Source: Octopus bimaculoides
Lineage: Eukaryota
NCBI RefSeq assembly: GCF_001194135.2
Contig: NC_068988.1
Span: forward strand, 15,065,488 to 15,124,611
Length of the DNA stretch: 59,124 nt
Reading direction: 5' to 3'
The translations under genes were made by a program, and so were the position numbers. Shown here one piece after another: positions 46,232 through 58,987 of the stretch; positions within the stretch are counted from its first letter, which is position 1, and the number at the start of each line of letters is the position of its first letter. The notes beneath the pieces were generated by a model that saw only the letters and a list, made by a program, of their open reading frames with translations, ran no database searches and was not told the origin of the DNA.

Positions 46232-48160
46232 ATGGAGGAAAAACCGAGTGAGAATCAGATCCATACGAAAAAACAAAATGATAATGATGTTTCTCATCAA
46301 ACAGATAAGACATCATACATGTGTGACATCTGTGGGAAATCTTTTAAAGTTAGAAGGTATTTTGTTCGACATCAGTCTGTTCACAAAAGCCAGAAACCAT
46401 ACCACTGTGATATTTGTGGTAAAGCATATGCTTTAAAAAGTAGTTTATCTAAACATCAACGTAGTCACACTGGAGAGAAACCATACTGTTGTGATATTTG
46501 TGGTCACAGTTGCATTTTTAAATTTTCTTTAATTATACACAAACGTACTCACACAGGAGAAAAACCATATGATTGTGATATTTGTGGTAAGAAATTCTCT
46601 ACTAGCGGTGCTGTAACAACACATAAGATTATTCATACAGGCCACAAACGGAAACTGTACCAGTGTGACATTTGTGGTAAGGCATTCTCCCAAGATAACA
46701 ATTTAGTGATACATAAACGTGTTCACACAGGAGAGAAACCATATCATTGTGATATCTGTGGTAAAACTTTCTCTGTTAAATGTTCTTTAACTATACACAG
46801 ACGTAATCACACTGGAGAAAAACCATACCGGTGTGATATCTGTGGTAAAACATTCACTGGCAGTACTCTGGTATCAACGCACAAGCTTACTCACTCAGAC
46901 AAGAAACCGTACAAATGTGATGTTTGTGACAAAGCATTTCATCTGAATAGTCTTTTGAATAAACACAAACGTATTCACACAGGTGAGAAACCATACCACT
47001 GTGATATTTGTGGTAAGTCATTCTCACAAACTTCAAATTTAAAGGCACATAAGCGTATTCATACAGGAGAAAAACCATATCACTGTGATATTTGTGGTAA
47101 AAAGTTCTCTATAAATATACATTTATCTAATCACAAAAATAGTCACACTGGGGTAAAACGATATCACTGTGATATTTGTGGTAAAGCATTCTCTCAAAGA
47201 GGCAATTTAAAGATTCATCAACTTCTTCATACGGGAGAAAAACCATACCAGTGTGATATATGTGGTAAAAATTTCTCTACAAGTCAGTATTTATCAAATC
47301 ACAAACGTACTCATGCAGAGGTAAAAACCTGCCGCTGTGATATTTGTGGTAAAGCATTCTCTCGAAATAGGGAGTTATTGATCCATAATCGTATTCACAC
47401 AGGTGAGAAACCATACCATTGCAATATTTGTGGTAAATCTTTCACTACAAATGGTCATTTAACTAAACACAAACGTGTTCATACAGGAGAGAAACCGTAC
47501 CATTGTGATGTCTGTGGTAGAATGTTCTCTGGTAGTTCTAATTTATTGACCCATAAACGTATTCACTCAGGAGAAAAACCATTCCACTGTGATATTTGTG
47601 GTAAAAGTTTCACTGTAAGTGGAACTTTATCCAGACACAAACGTATTCACACAGGTGAAAAACCATTCCATTGTGATATTTGTGGTAAAACCTTCACTGA
47701 TCACAGTTCCCTACATTCTCATAAACGTGTTCATACTGGTGATCGGCCATATCGTTGTAATATTTGTGGTAAAACATTCACTGCCAGTGTTTCATTGTCT
47801 GCACACCGTATTGCTCATACAGGAGAAAAACCATATGGTTGTGATATCTGTGGTAAATCATTCTCACGATCTTGTAATTTATCGAGGCATAAACATCTTC
47901 ACACAGGAAAGAAGCCATATCATTGTGATTCATGTGAGAAAACTTTCACTTCTAATTATGATTTAGCCATACATAAACGTATTCACACAGGAGAGAGACC
48001 ATACCCCTGTGATATCTGTGGTAATGCATTTGCTCAGAAGAGTCATCTATTGAGGCATAAACGTATTCACACAGGTGATAAACCTTATTGCTGTGATATT
48101 TGTAATAAAGCATTCTCTCAACAAAGTACTTTGTCAACCCATAAACGCATACACAAATGA
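46232..48160 (+). CDS. ZNF-5: C2H2 zinc-finger protein, 642 aa from the ATG, 22 fingers
   Basis: ATG 46232 aligns with the paralog starts. Acceptor ends at 46032. Confidence 0.95.
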   Translation: MEEKPSENQIHTKKQNDNDVSHQTDKTSYMCDICGKSFKVRRYFVRHQSVHKSQKPYHCDICGKAYALKSSLSKHQRSHTGEKPYCCDICGHSCIFKFSLIIHKRTHTGEKPYDCDICGKKFSTSGAVTTHKIIHTGHKRKLYQCDICGKAFSQDNNLVIHKRVHTGEKPYHCDICGKTFSVKCSLTIHRRNHTGEKPYRCDICGKTFTGSTLVSTHKLTHSDKKPYKCDVCDKAFHLNSLLNKHKRIHTGEKPYHCDICGKSFSQTSNLKAHKRIHTGEKPYHCDICGKKFSINIHLSNHKNSHTGVKRYHCDICGKAFSQRGNLKIHQLLHTGEKPYQCDICGKNFSTSQYLSNHKRTHAEVKTCRCDICGKAFSRNRELLIHNRIHTGEKPYHCNICGKSFTTNGHLTKHKRVHTGEKPYHCDVCGRMFSGSSNLLTHKRIHSGEKPFHCDICGKSFTVSGTLSRHKRIHTGEKPFHCDICGKTFTDHSSLHSHKRVHTGDRPYRCNICGKTFTASVSLSAHRIAHTGEKPYGCDICGKSFSRSCNLSRHKHLHTGKKPYHCDSCEKTFTSNYDLAIHKRIHTGERPYPCDICGNAFAQKSHLLRHKRIHTGDKPYCCDICNKAFSQQSTLSTHKRIHK

Positions 48161-49559
48161 GAAACTGTAACTCTGATGTTTTTATTGTCCTTTTTGTGAT
48201 TAATCTACCTGTAATTTCAACAAGTATAGTGATCAAATATTTGTTGACCCAACAAACACAGAATAAGTTTTGTTACTGTTAGATGTACCTGTATATTCAT
48301 CATCATCTACAATTACAAAATATATTTGTGTTTCCTTCACTAAGTAACTCTCATAATAAAGTCAACCATTATAGAACAGAACTCATTTTGTATATTGTGT
48401 TTTCTGTATCTTTCTGTCCCAACTTAGTTGAGCCATTACAGACTCACCTTCCATGCAAATTTGTACAAATGTTATCAGCTGTCACCTGAGAAACTTGAAA
48501 CTGGAATCTCTTAGTTGTTACTCTGAGACATTAGCTCTTAATAGATCTTATTCCACTTTATTTTATTGAGTATTCCATTTGCTTAATTGCATACATATTC
48601 ATGTACTTAATCATTTAATGTGTATATATATTTACACACACACAAATCTATCTCAGAAGTCAATAGACTCATCATTATGCTATTTTATCCTTGCCTGCTG
48701 CTTCAAACTTCTTAATGTATTATGCACAAGGCATGTCTACTAAGCACAAGATTAAGTGTTTAAATGCATCAAATGATATTGTTTGTTTCTAGAAATAAAT
48801 CTTTCAGAAATGATAAGGCATCTCTACTTTTGAGACATCTGTGAACAGTTGAAAAAAAAATTTCTTTCTTTAAATCTTATTAATTATATGTGAAATCTTT
48901 TTAAAAAGATGCCGACTCAAAGCCTTGTGAGTGGATTGAGTAGACGGAAACTAGAAGAAGCCTGTTGTATGTATCTATATATATATATTTATATGTGTGT
49001 GTCTGTTTTCCATCCCCCACCATTGCTTGACAACCTATGTGGGTGTATTTGTGTCCCCGTAACTTAGCAGTTCGACAAAAGTGGCCAATAGAATAAATAC
49101 TAGGCTTATAAAGAATGTCTCAGGGGTGATTTCTTCCACTTAAACCCTTCAAGGTGGTGCTCCAGCATGGCCACAGTCAAATGACTGAAACAAGTACAAG
49201 AATAATACAGAGCTGATGGATGGAGATTTCCATGTAAGTCCTTTTTGCTGTTTCCACTTATTTTTTGAAATCTGAAAACAGCACAAAGCCCTTACACAAA
49301 AAGTTTCCTGCCATCAGGTATTTTGCCAGAATCAAGTATTGTATCATTAAAGATTTCTTTTAAACAATAATTTCAGAAAATCTATTTCCAAATATTGTGA
49401 CAGTATCAAAAAATTTGTCTGAAAACTTTTTTTGACATGTGTATTTGCTTGGAATAGTGACTGTATGTTTATTTATTCAGGCTGTGTCGACCAATTTGGC
49501 CCTGTTTCTAATAATATACGTCTATCTGGTACCAAAAATCAGGGATGATAATTATACCG

Positions 49560-49990
49560 TATCTTCTCTTAACATTAGTACTAATAGAATAGATCAGGCC
49601 TCATATGGCAGCATACCTAAAAGAATGTGCAACTGTGGGAACTATGTGAGAAGTAATATGTTATATAAGTGCTTAGTCAAAATACCTGAAAATGTCAACT
49701 ATTACATTGGAGCTACTGTTTTTAAACTGAAGATTAGATTACTTAACCATGTTTATTCTTTTAAATACAAAAACAGCACTTCACTGGTAAAGTTCATCTA
49801 CATTGTCATAGGGTGAAATACAGCTCATTCCATTTTGTTGTCTCTTGTAGGTAGTGTTCTTCGTTACAGAAAGCAGTGGTAACTATAATTTGTTCTCGAT
49901 AGAAGCACTGGAAATTCTCAGTTGTAGATCTAATTTAATTAATCAGCATTAGTTATTAATCCATTGTTCACACTTATTTAATAAAATGTT
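49560..49990 (+). mobile_element. Penelope-like element remnant (GIY-YIG endonuclease)
   Basis: CNC...NMLYKC...NYYIGAT..KLKIRLLNH..SF..KNSTSL, then LEIL..NLINQ. Confidence 0.75.
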
Positions 49991-51886
49991 CTTAAAGTTT
50001 CTATATAAAAATCTTACATAATCAACTTATCTAGATTCAATTAAGATGAATACTTATGTCCTGTTATAGATTCTCCCCACTGCTTGAATTATTTATGCAG
50101 CACACTAATTACTCATTTCTTAACTAATCTTTAATTTAGCTCTTAGATATTACTCCTAATTTAATTAAATTCAACTATAGTAAACCTAATATTATCAGGA
50201 GGCAGATGCAGTGAGCGATAAACAAAGATGGAGAGATGTAAGGTGAAAGACACAGAAGTCGCTCGGGCAGGATACATCAGAAGGTAGGGGGTGATGAATT
50301 GCAAGATGTAGGAGTGGTGAGGAGGGGGATGTTGGGGGTACATAAGGGTGGGTTTAGTAGTGCATGATGGCAGATATGAGAAGGTGCTGAGAAAGCAGAT
50401 ACGTTAGGTAATAACATGGAGTATGGTGGAGGAGAGAGGTAACTGAAAGCATTGAAAGGAGGTGATTGGTAAAAGGACATGTGGGCATGGGACATCATGA
50501 AACGTGAACAACAAAAAATACACAGTACAATTACATGGAATATGAACTATTTTTTCAAACAACGAAAGACACAAATGGAAAACAAGACAAGCAATATAAA
50601 GAACGACCCTTTATCAGTTGTTGGCTGTTTTTCTACTCTCGTATTTCGAGCATGTAACAACAATATACACTTTCGATAAAACAGTTGCCTCCGTAAAGCA
50701 AATTAAATAAAATTTGAGATCTTGCGGAGGGTCAAAATCGGTAACACAACCAGGACAGTGAAAACAAACAAGAAGAGCTGCTAAGTCTAAACGAGGTTGT
50801 GGCAAGCACATAAATCAAGCTTGAACAGGAGACAGACAAGAACACGTCTTCCTTGTTCCAGCTACAATGGAGAGAAAGAAAGAAGCACAAGCTAGAAGAA
50901 GAAAGAAAGATGCCCAATGCATATTATTGAAAGTTTATTAAAGTAATTATATTACACAATAAAAATAAAAAATTGCTTAATGAGCAATTTACATCTCGTG
51001 ATTCCCTGAGTTGAATTGAAATTATATAACAACTTTCTTTTTGCACAAGAATTGTAAATTTCGGTTTAAAAATAAACATCTCTCTCTTTTACTCACATAT
51101 ATACACATTAATATCTTTAAAAAAATCTCTCTCTATATATGTTTTATATATATATGTATTATGGCAAGACTTCCTTTTGTNNNNNNNNNNNNNNNNNNNN
51201 NNNNNNNNNNNNNNNNNNNNNNNNNNNNNNNNNNNNNNNNNNNNNNNNNNNNNNNNNNNNNNNNNNNNNNNNNNNNNNNNNNNNNNNNNNNNNNNNNNNN
51301 NNNNNNNNNNNNNNNNNNNNNNNNNNNNNNNNNNNNNNNNNNNNNNNNNNNNNNNNNNNNNNNNNNNNNNNNNNNNNNNNNNNNNNNNNNNNNNNNNNNN
51401 NNNNNNNNNNNNNNNNNNNNNNNNNNNNNNNNNNNNNNNNNNNNNNNNNNNNNNNNNNNNNNNNNNNNNNNNNNNNNNNNNNNNNNNNNNNNNNNNNNNN
51501 NNNNNNNNNNNNNNNNNNNNNNNNNNNNNNNNNNNNNNNNNNNNNNNNNNNNNNNNNNNNNNNNNNNNNNNNNNNNNNNNNNAGGAAATCTTTCCATGTT
51601 TTATATATATGTGTTATATTTATATATATATATTTATTACGGAGATGTACTTGCAAAGCAAGTGACCTGATCTGATATCGTGTGCTGTAACAAAAACAAT
51701 TGCAGCGTGGAAGGTGTTTATAAGCCATTTAAAAACACAAAAACCGTTAGATTCACTTCAACATTTAAATTTAGTTTCCCAAAATATTTTCGTTGCTTAG
51801 AGTCCGCGACATGTTCATTGACAAAATTCCGATATATATGTGTGTGTGTGTATCCATGTCCAGAATTCCCTTAATATATTCTGTAA

Positions 51887-52008
51887 ACATCCGGTTCCGG
51901 TAACCAAAGCTCGATTCCTGTTTCTGTCTGTTGAATTGTCTATTCTTCTCATTTGTTCAATTCTAATAAGATTAGCCCCTCGACACCGGGATACCCCTCT
52001 TAAGAAAG
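51887..52008 (+). promoter_or_regulatory. ZNF-6 promoter motif and putative exon 1 (donor at 52009)
   Basis: ACATCCGGTTCCGG at 51887-51900, GAAAG|GTACGA. Confidence 0.6.
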
Positions 52009-52566
52009 GTACGAGCAATACAGCATTTCGTTTATGTCTCCAATTATATAGTTTCATATAATATATTTCACCTTCCTTGCTACCCCAGGCCTCAGTGTTT
52101 TTTTTTTGTCTTAGATCTCTTCTCTTACACACATTCATACACGGATACACAATATATATACACAGCGCATATACATTGGCTGGGTTTTACGTAGAAATGC
52201 ATAAACGCCTCAACATACACTGTCACACTTGACAGACTTTGACAAGAGTCTTCCTCTGCGATTTTGTCCGATTTTAAACTGTTTACGTTTTACTGTTATT
52301 CTGTTTTATGTTCAATATACCACAGTGAAATAATTTTTAATTCCAAGACAGCACATGTTATTGCGATATGAAAATACCGATTTCAGTGGGGGCACTTTTC
52401 AGTTAAACATGTTTTAATTAGAAGAGAATAATGTGTCTTGAAATAGAGACGATGTCGCACGGAAGACTTTATAAGTCGGTGCTAAGATGGGTCAGTATAA
52501 AGACCTTCACCCGGGAACAAAAAAAGGTCCAGATGGACTATATGTGATCTGAACCTTTCCCCCCTT

Positions 52567-52875
52567 ATTTTTTTTTTTACGGAATCCCACGTTTTAAGCT
52601 ATGGAGATTCCGATTCTGAAAAAAATTTTTCAAAAATCTAATTTCAAAATTTCGATTCCCCCCCGCCTGGTTTTTATATAGATCCACAGGGTAAACCTAA
52701 CCCTAACTCAAACCCTAACCCTAACCCTAAACCTAACACTAGTTTTGTGAGATTTGGCTGTTATTTCTAGCATGTAAATAGCCTGCTTGGTGGGTGGGGG
52801 GAATTGAAATTTTTCAAACAATTTTTTTTCAGAATCGGAATCTCCATAGCCTAAAACGTGGGATTCCGTAAAAAA
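52567..52875. mobile_element. Palindromic MITE with a (CCCTAA)n core; its start recurs at 53295 after the gap
   Basis: TTACGGAATCCCACGTTTTAAGCTATGGAGATTCCGATTCTGAAAA and its inverse at 52825-52875. Core AACCTAACCCTAAC...CCCTAACCCTAACCCTAAACCTAAC. Confidence 0.75.
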
Positions 52876-53881
52876 NNNNNNNNNNNNNNNNNNNNNNNNN
52901 NNNNNNNNNNNNNNNNNNNNNNNNNNNNNNNNNNNNNNNNNNNNNNNNNNNNNNNNNNNNNNNNNNNNNNNNNNNNNNNNNNNNNNNNNNNNNNNNNNNN
53001 NNNNNNNNNNNNNNNNNNNNNNNNNNNNNNNNNNNNNNNNNNNNNNNNNNNNNNNNNNNNNNNNNNNNNNNNNNNNNNNNNNNNNNNNNNNNNNNNNNNN
53101 NNNNNNNNNNNNNNNNNNNNNNNNNNNNNNNNNNNNNNNNNNNNNNNNNNNNNNNNNNNNNNNNNNNNNNNNNNNNNNNNNNNNNNNNNNNNNNNNNNNN
53201 NNNNNNNNNNNNNNNNNNNNNNNNNNNNNNNNNNNNNNNNNNNNNNNNNNNNNNNNNNNNNNNNNNNNNNNNNNNNNNNNNNNNNNNNNNNNNNATTTTT
53301 TTTTTTACGGAATCCCACGTTTTAAGCTATGGAGATTCCGATTCTGAAAATTTTTTTTTTTTAAATCGCATTTTCAAAATTTCAGTCCACCCCCACTCCC
53401 CACCGTCTCTCCTCCTTCCATCTGACCGGTGCCCGGCCATCTATCATCCTTCTTTCTTGACCTGACTGCCAATCACCAACATCTCTTATGTCCATCTCCT
53501 ATGTTCCTGCTTTTAGGCTTTCACTTCATACACAGCAGCGCAATTTGATTTGTTTTCTGTCGAAAGACACCTGTTATATAATTGTTGGTTGTATTTGTAA
53601 TTGTGTTTCATGTTCTCTGTGTTTTTTTTTTTAATCTTTTCATGCCATACACATTCGCTAGCTTCTTAGAAAAAATCTAATTCTCAGTGCTTAGACTTTT
53701 TGGTGGACAACCAGATCGAACTGTCTCAAGTGTAACTGCCCGAAACAGTAAGAAAGAAGGCCACGAATTACTTGCCCTTCTTTTTCCCTGTCCTAATTGT
53801 TTCTCTTGTCCGCCTTTGTATCATCTATCTGTCCGAATGTTTTATTGTCCTCTATTGCGTTTTTGTTCCATTTTCATATAT

Positions 53882-53914
53882 ACGACGAAGGGAAATAACC
53901 CTGAAACTCGAGTC
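53882..53914 (+). ncRNA. Partial minimal hammerhead-like motif
   Basis: ACGACGA-AGGG-AAATAA-CCCT-GAAAC-TCGA-GTC. Stem II perfect, stem III palindromic, GUC site present. The CUGA core and stem I are eroded. Confidence 0.45.
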
Positions 53915-54206
53915 GCCTTTATATACTTATATTTATATATTTGGTCCTTTATATTGAACACTCAATATTTCATCTACATTCAATACTTTATTTCATGGTG
54001 CCATCCATTTTTATTTTATTTTATTTTATATTATATATTGTATATTATATTATATATTGTATATTCCATATTCTATACCCCACATTGGTTCTGCAGGAAT
54101 ATAAAACATAAAAAACAGACAGTATTGGAACTCTTTTAAACAAAATAATATATTCCTCTATACACAATCATACAACCCCCCCCCTTTTTTTGTATTTATT
54201 TTTACT

Positions 54207-54279
<73 letters not shown>

Positions 54280-55093
54280 TTGTCATAATGTATGGAGTCA
54301 AGACCTAGCTTAAATTCTGCATTATTTTGAATGATGTTTCGCATTAATGCAGGCATGTAAGTGATATATTTATTATTAAATATAATACTATAAATTATGT
54401 ACATGTTTTTAAGTTATGAAACAAATTGTTGGGATAGATATTTGAATTTTTTAATTGTTAATTAAAATTTCATCAAACTACTTCTCTGTCATTTATGACT
54501 TTATATATATGTCTATATACATATACACCCAGAGTCCTTGAATAATTTGGATGCGACAGGTGAGGAGAATTTTGTTCAGATAATTGATTTGGTCATTAAC
54601 AAATCAGACTAAACACAACCATCAAGTCTTTACATCATTCAGTCAATAAACTGTTGTACTTGGATACGATTCTTGTGTTTTAGAGGTGTAGAAATGTTTC
54701 CTTATCTTAGAGAGTGGTGTTAACCACTACCTGTTTCATTAACTGTACTTGTTTCTTTCACATATCCATAATATTCTGCCTTTCTTCTGGGTGTATATTT
54801 TTTATGTCTGATTTATTATTTTTTTTCTTTCAATGTCTGTGGTCGGAAATCTCATCTTTCATATGTTAGCATTGTATTGTTGCTTATACATTACTCTCTT
54901 TATATATTTCAGGGTATCTGATGACATTGAAGACTAAATAATGATATTACCAAGGATATAGGAAATATTATTTGACAAAGGTCACTTTTGAAGAACCTAT
55001 ATTTTGAAAGAAAAGATATTTGGGGAAATATTTATCTGTCGAAAATTCCAGAAGTAAAGTATTTTTCTATTTTGTGAAGTAAATCCAAAGATT

Positions 55094-57100
55094 ATGGAAA
55101 ATGAACTGAATGAGGGTCAGGTCTGTAATGAAAGGCATCCTGATAACAATGGTGTTTCTCATCAAACAGAAAAGACACCATTCATGTATGACACATGTGG
55201 TGAGTCTTTTAAAATGCAAAAATGTTTAAGTCAACATCAGTCTATTCATACAGATTCCAAATTCTATGATTGTGATATTTGTGATGAAAAGTTCTCTACA
55301 AATGAAAATTTAATTAACCATAAATGTATTCATACAAGAGAAAAACCATACCATTGTGATATTTGTGGTAAAACATTCATTCTAAAGAAGAGTTTATTGA
55401 GCCACAAACGTAGTCACACAGGAGAGAAGCCATACAGTTGTGATATATGTGGTCGGAAGTACAGTGTTAAATTTTCTTTGACTGTACACAAACGTATTCA
55501 TACAGGCGAAAAACCATATAAGTGTGATATTTGTGGTAAAGCATTCTCTGCCAGTAGTTCACTTATAACACATAAACTTATACACACTGGCCAAAAACCA
55601 TACCACTGTGATATTTGTGGTAAAGCATTCTCTAAAGATAACTATTTATTGATACATAAACGTGTTCACACAGGAGAAAAACCATATCATTGTGATATTT
55701 GTGGTAAAACTTTCTCTGTTAAAAGTTCCTTAACTGTACATAGACGCATTCATACAGGAGAAAAACCATACCGGTGTGATGCCTGTGATAAAACTTTCAC
55801 TTGTCGTAGTCTGTTATCAGTACATAAAGTTACTCATACAGATAAGAAACCATACAAGTGTGATGTTTGTGATAAAACATTCAGTATGAATTGTCATTTA
55901 TCTAAACACAAGTGTATTCACACAGGCGAGAAACCATGCCAGTGTGATATTTGTGGTAAGACGTTTTCACAGAATTCTAATTTAATGGCTCACAAGCGTA
56001 TTCATACAGGAGAAAAACCATATCACTGTGATATTTGTGGTAAAAAGTTCTTTACAAATGAAAATTTATCTAACCACAAATATATACACACAGGGGAAAA
56101 ACAATATCACTGTGATATTTGTGGTAAAGCATTCTCCCAAAGAGGTAATTTAAAGACCCATAAACTTCTTCATTCAGGAGAAAAACCTTATCACTGTCAT
56201 ACATGTGGTAAATATTTCTCTACCAAAGATTATTTATCTAATCACAAACGGACTCACACAGGTGTAAAAACCTGTCATTGCAATATTTGTGGTAAAGCAT
56301 TCTCTCACAGCAGTTATTTATCGATCCATAGTCGTATTCACACAGGTGAGAAACCATACCACTGTGACATTTGTGGTAAATCATTCACTGTAAGTGGTTA
56401 TTTAACTAAACACAAACGTGTTCATACAGGAGAGAAACCTTATCATTGCGATACCTGTGGTGGGACATACTCTAATACTTCAACTTTATTGGCCCATAAA
56501 CGCATTCACACAGGTGAAAAACCATACTGCTGTGATATCTGTGGTAAAAGTTTCACTGTGAGTGGATCTTTATCGAAACATAAACGTATTCATACAGGAG
56601 AAAAACCATATCATTGTGATATTTGTGGTAAAGCCTTCACTAATAATAGTTCTGTACATTCTCATAAACGTATTCACACTGGAGAGAAGCCATATCATTG
56701 TGATATTTGTGGTAAATCATTCGGTGCTAGCATTACATTAACTATGCATCAAACAATTCATACAGGAGAGAAACCATATAACTGTGATCTATGTGGTAAA
56801 GCATTCTCACGCTCTTGTAATTTATCGAGACATAAACGTCTTCACACAGGAGATAAACTGTATCATTGTGATTCATGTGAAAAAACATTCATTTCTAATT
56901 CTGATTTAAACATACATAAACGTGTTCATAGAGGAGGGAAACCATATCACTGTGACATCTGCAGTAAATCATTCTCTCAAAATAATCATTTATTGAATCA
57001 TAGACATATTCACACAGGTGACAAACCTTATCACTGTGATGTCTGTGGTAAAGCATTCTCTCAACAAAGTACTTTATCTGTCCACAAACGTTTACACTAG
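55094..57100 (+). CDS. ZNF-6: C2H2 zinc-finger protein, 668 aa, 23 finger units (first one lacks a Cys)
   Basis: Uninterrupted array. First finger MYDTC versus MCDIC in paralogs. Acceptor ends at 54912. Confidence 0.95.
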   Translation: MENELNEGQVCNERHPDNNGVSHQTEKTPFMYDTCGESFKMQKCLSQHQSIHTDSKFYDCDICDEKFSTNENLINHKCIHTREKPYHCDICGKTFILKKSLLSHKRSHTGEKPYSCDICGRKYSVKFSLTVHKRIHTGEKPYKCDICGKAFSASSSLITHKLIHTGQKPYHCDICGKAFSKDNYLLIHKRVHTGEKPYHCDICGKTFSVKSSLTVHRRIHTGEKPYRCDACDKTFTCRSLLSVHKVTHTDKKPYKCDVCDKTFSMNCHLSKHKCIHTGEKPCQCDICGKTFSQNSNLMAHKRIHTGEKPYHCDICGKKFFTNENLSNHKYIHTGEKQYHCDICGKAFSQRGNLKTHKLLHSGEKPYHCHTCGKYFSTKDYLSNHKRTHTGVKTCHCNICGKAFSHSSYLSIHSRIHTGEKPYHCDICGKSFTVSGYLTKHKRVHTGEKPYHCDTCGGTYSNTSTLLAHKRIHTGEKPYCCDICGKSFTVSGSLSKHKRIHTGEKPYHCDICGKAFTNNSSVHSHKRIHTGEKPYHCDICGKSFGASITLTMHQTIHTGEKPYNCDLCGKAFSRSCNLSRHKRLHTGDKLYHCDSCEKTFISNSDLNIHKRVHRGGKPYHCDICSKSFSQNNHLLNHRHIHTGDKPYHCDVCGKAFSQQSTLSVHKRLH

Positions 57101-58659
57101 TGAGAAACGCATACACAGGTGAGAAAATATACGTTTGTAATATTTGTGTTAGAACATTGTCATACTAATAAGTTATCTAGGTACGAACAAATAAACATCC
57201 GATGTAAATTGTAGCTCGGTTATAATTTTTTTTAAAGCTGCTGTTAGATAGGTCAGAATTGGATTTCAAACCTAGAATTTCTCCGATAGAAGGGAGATAA
57301 CTTCGCAACTGTATTCACTAATTTATATTAAAATTTCTTCCGACACCAATTCGTTTTATTGCACTTACCATTTCCTTAACCCCACGGTTTTAATCTGTTC
57401 ATCCGGTTGTTTGTCCATCTCTTATTTACTGGCTTATTTTTGTACTCTTTTCCATTAAGGCTCTGTTACTAAAATTATTTTAAAATTGTTAAAAAGAAAT
57501 GTAACAAACACTTTTAATAACCTTAACTACAGAACACAATTTTAAAAATAATGCATAATATTCTGTTATATTGTATGCTTACCATTATACCTATTATTTC
57601 GTTCCATAGTTATAGTCTTACATACACAGACGGTAACAGGTTAATATCATTGACTAGCAGTACTTGTTGAACATCCATAGTTATTTTGAAAACTGTTAGA
57701 TAGTTTAGAAGTTTAGAGAAAACAATGAAATACTGTTTTTTCTCTCTTTGGAAATGTTTCCCCCCCCCCCCCTTCCCTTACGAAAAAGACTTCTCAAATG
57801 ATTTTTAAGTGTGTAATGCAAAACAAAATTGGCCATTATCGGTATGAAAAAGAAAATCATAAATTAAAAAATTCTTTTCTGCGGACCACAGTTTGAAAAC
57901 CCCTGTTCTAGTGCATCTCCCTTGCCATCTTCCGGAGCAAGGCCTTTTTCATTTTGTCTGCTGGGGCTATGAGGCGGTCTGAATTACAGGAAATTGTACG
58001 TTCCACTCTCTAATGTGAAATTACCCCATATAAACCGCTCTGATTTCTTTTTCACTGAGCACAAAAAGAATTTTGCAAGGCCGGATCGATAACGACGAAG
58101 ATTTAGCTGTTCGAATACTTGAATTAACGTGTAAGTGGCTGAGTATTCTACGGCACGTGTGCCCTTAGTATAAATTTCTGACAGAATCAATGCGACACAA
58201 TGCATAACAAGGTTAAATTGCCGGTAAATTGTACTTTTTGAATCAGAGATACAACTCACTCTTCAGATTTCTATTCATTTTCCCGTTTATCTATTTCACT
58301 TACAATGTGTCGGCCAACTTGATGCTAAGGAGTTTACGTTACTTATCCAAGATACTATGCAACACGGATTTCATGGTTGCGAATTGTATTTCTTAACCTT
58401 TCAACCAAATTGCATCTATGGTTGGATATACAAGTATACAATACCTAACTAAAACAGCGAGTATTATATTGGTTATTAGTTTATCCCTTTATCGATATCA
58501 GGTGGATGAAAGACAATCTCTGTGCAGAATGTGATCACCGAAAGTAGATGTACAATCATACTCGTAAAAAGCCATTTATTGTGAGCAGAGAAAATACTAT
58601 TTTTATTAAATTCAAAGTTTGCTTTTTAGAAGCGTTGAGATGTCTTTTTAGAAAGTTAA

Positions 58660-58987
58660 AGTGATTTTAAATTCTCAATCGCAGAATAGTGCTAATAATA
58701 TAACCTGAGCAGGATAAACTATCCCTATTTTGCAGAGAAAAGTGTAGGTGGCTAGCTGTGGACTCGAACTCACATCCCCGTGAGATTTATATATCTTAAT
58801 TTGCAGAGGAATTTGTAGTGGGTAGCTTAGCTTAATCAGTCAAAGCATCGTGACATGTAATGACGGGGATGTGAGTTCGAGTCCACAGCTAGCCACCTAC
58901 ACTTTTCTCTGCAAAATAGGGATAGTTTATCCTGTTCAGGCTATATTATTAGCATTATTCTGCGATTGAGAATTTAAAATCACTTCT
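58660..58987. mobile_element. Fold-back element with ~122-bp arms, TTAA flanks and a tRNA-like sequence
   Basis: 58660-58781 is the inverse of 58863-58984 with 3 mismatches. TTAA at 58656-58659 and 58988-58991. tRNA-like segment at 58820-58895. Confidence 0.8.

Noticed and set aside
52695-52740. Interstitial telomere or chromosome-fusion site
   Set aside because: The repeats are short, degenerate and centred within MITE inverted arms.
23261-53325. Long poly-X ORFs spanning N-runs, including the identical MGFRKK ORFs on both strands at 52851-53325
   Set aside because: They arise from gaps and flanking MITE inverted repeats.
8903-57116. Short minus-strand and alternate-frame ORFs overlapping ZNF exons (for example [10 protein letters not shown]...)
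   Set aside because: They are shadow translations of the periodic 84-nt finger repeat with no independent coding signal.
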